DNA of 64,000 bases from Trypanosoma brucei (Eukaryota). The notes beneath the pieces were generated by a model. The model had not been told where the DNA came from, ran no database searches, and saw only the letters and a program-made list of their open reading frames with translations. A program made the position numbers and the translations under genes. The stretch is from positions 1,024,001-1,088,000 of the forward strand of contig CP000068.1 in the NCBI GenBank assembly GCA_000002445.1. The letters run 5' to 3'. The first letter of the stretch is position 1; every line of letters starts with the position of its first letter. Positions 62,526 to 64,000 of this stretch are shown here, piece after piece.

Positions 62526-63974
62526 CTATCTCCGTTTCTTCTTCTGCACTACGACGGTCGCTCCGGGAGGGCCAGCTGGCTTGGCTTGCTTTGGTGTTGA
62601 CGAGTCTGGCCGCCTCAATAGAGCTGATGCAGCGGCACTGGCATGAGGAGGTCTGTATGGTTGCGGTTTCGCCTGAGCCTCCGTTTTCCGTGGTGAGGCT
62701 GACCGCATCGGATACAAATGCGTCTGTTGGGTCTGGACCCAGTGAGCTCCATAAAGAATTGGGTACTTCTGAGTCAAAAGCTGTTCCCCGTTATTTTTAT
62801 AAAAAACAAGTTTGTTATCGATTCTCAAACGAGTAAATATTATAGCACAGAGAAAGATGTGTGAGTCTGGTGCCCAAAGTTGTACACTGCACTTGTGATT
62901 GAACTCACCCGTCGATACGGCTACGGTGGAAGTCGTTTCGGCGGGGCCACGTCCGTTGCTCCCACTTGATGGAGGCCGAACATCGAAGAAGACAAAATCT
63001 CCTGCAAGGTTCCCCGTTCCACCGAGAGTGCAGAAACGGCCATTCGGTGACCACAAAATAACATTCCTCGGTGCTTCACCAAATGTCATCAGCGCAACAC
63101 CCGCTTTGTCGTATAGTGTTGTCTTGTTGACGGGCATCTTGCCGTGCACGACCATAAGCTCGTCAACTGTCGGGCTCCATTGACAATCATGAACTGATTC
63201 CCCGCTAGGGAACTTTATCTGTTTTATCTTCCGCCCGCCTACGTCAACGAGATAAAGTAACACCGTACCATAGTAGCTTTTCCCGCTTGCGTCTCTCTCA
63301 GACTTCACGAGCACTGCCAGATGATTTCCCGAACCACTCCACAACAACGTTGCTGACTCCGCCCGGCCGAATGTTGCCTGAAACATTGCTCCGTCCCCCA
63401 AATTAGGCAGTCTGTATATAAAGAGGGTTCCCTGAGTTTGTTTGTGAAACGGTTTGAACAAAGCAAGAATGGGCATGCTGCTGGGGCACATTGACAACTC
63501 AATCTCTTTATCCTGAGGTAGTTGTAGGTCCAACTTGGAAAGTGCGGCCGCGTCCTCACTGAGCAGGTTACCATTCAACACGTGAAGGCACCCCTGTACT
63601 GGTCGGACGCAGTACAGATCCTGTTGGGTCCAGACCATCCCCGGCCAGCGGGCTTGCATACAGCGACGCAAAAGTTGCCCCGTGGCAGCATTGTAGAGCG
63701 CCATATTCCCCTCCGGTCGCTTGCTGTCCATCACAGAGTATGTAACAAGCACTGCGCCGGTGGCGGAGAAGGACAGCGCCACTGTGTTTCGTTCTTCCAC
63801 TTCAAAGATAAGATTCAGCTGCCACGAATGGTTTTCCGATGGAGTGACATCATTGACTGATTTCCCCACGGGTACCACCTCGCTGTAGCGCACGTGAGTC
63901 GCAGTGGCGTGGGCAAACGCGGTGGAGCGAGCAGGGTTAAAGCACACTTCGCACTCACGATAATCACCTGTCAT
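62526..63974 (-). CDS. Translation initiation factor eIF2A-family beta-propeller protein with a Lys/Pro/Ala-rich C-terminal tail.
   Basis: Blocks match human eIF2A: ASGKSYYG (compare TGASYYGE), APRN, and ILWSPNGRFCTLGGTGNLAGDFVFFDV (compare YSPHGHILVLAGFGNLRGQMEVWDV). The frame is open to the right window edge (TTG at 63998). The first in-window ATG is at ~63974 (MTGDYRECEV...), and the true start could lie beyond the window. Confidence 0.8.
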   Translation of the reverse strand: MTGDYRECEVCFNPARSTAFAHATATHVRYSEVVPVGKSVNDVTPSENHSWQLNLIFEVEERNTVALSFSATGAVLVTYSVMDSKRPEGNMALYNAATGQLLRRCMQARWPGMVWTQQDLYCVRPVQGCLHVLNGNLLSEDAAALSKLDLQLPQDKEIELSMCPSSMPILALFKPFHKQTQGTLFIYRLPNLGDGAMFQATFGRAESATLLWSGSGNHLAVLVKSERDASGKSYYGTVLLYLVDVGGRKIKQIKFPSGESVHDCQWSPTVDELMVVHGKMPVNKTTLYDKAGVALMTFGEAPRNVILWSPNGRFCTLGGTGNLAGDFVFFDVRPPSSGSNGRGPAETTSTVAVSTGEFNHKCSVQLWAPDSHIFLCAIIFTRLRIDNKLVFYKNNGEQLLTQKYPILYGAHWVQTQQTHLYPMRSASPRKTEAQAKPQPYRPPHASAAASALLRRPDSSTPKQAKPAGPPGATVVVQKKKRR

Positions 63975-64000
63975 GGAACTGCTTTCGATCTCAATCAACT

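Overview
This window reads as a chromosome-internal segment of a kinetoplastid nuclear genome (Trypanosoma-like). It shows no bacterial or phage features. Every credible gene lies on the minus strand, so the window is one directional polycistronic transcription unit with no strand switch. Genes are intronless and separated by 0.4–2.9 kb low-complexity spacers that carry A/T homopolymer runs and (TA)n, (CA)n and (GA)n microsatellites. The ORF track accepts TTG and GTG as starts and prints them as M, so I re-anchored several genes to their first in-frame ATG.

Recognisable products:
- SERCA-type Ca2+ P-type ATPase, with DKTGTLT and [12 protein letters not shown] motifs.
- Fe-superoxide dismutase with a mitochondrial-type presequence.
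- SUMO-activating enzyme subunit UBA2/SAE2 (ThiF fold, CxxC zinc motif, PAIATTNAVIAG).
- ABC1/ADCK atypical kinase.
- eIF2A-family beta-propeller factor.
- A divergent, mitochondrial-type ribosomal protein uL2.
- A small twin-CX3C, Tim-like protein.
- A two-TM receptor-like protein with a C-terminal pseudokinase and a possibly degenerate cyclase-like region.

The window also holds a 4692-aa giant ORF, a long coiled-coil protein, and several Ser/Pro-rich hypothetical proteins. One more minus-strand open frame, about 2 kb long (~2060 to nt 1), is missing from the ORF track because it has no in-window stop.

I found no mobile element, rRNA, tRNA or CRISPR that I can support. Nothing here looks like a discrete novel system. 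The most unusual items are the receptor-like pseudokinase architecture, the giant ORF, and the unlisted edge gene. The SOD–SERCA–UBA2 neighbourhood resembles, from memory only, T. brucei chromosome 5 (unverified).
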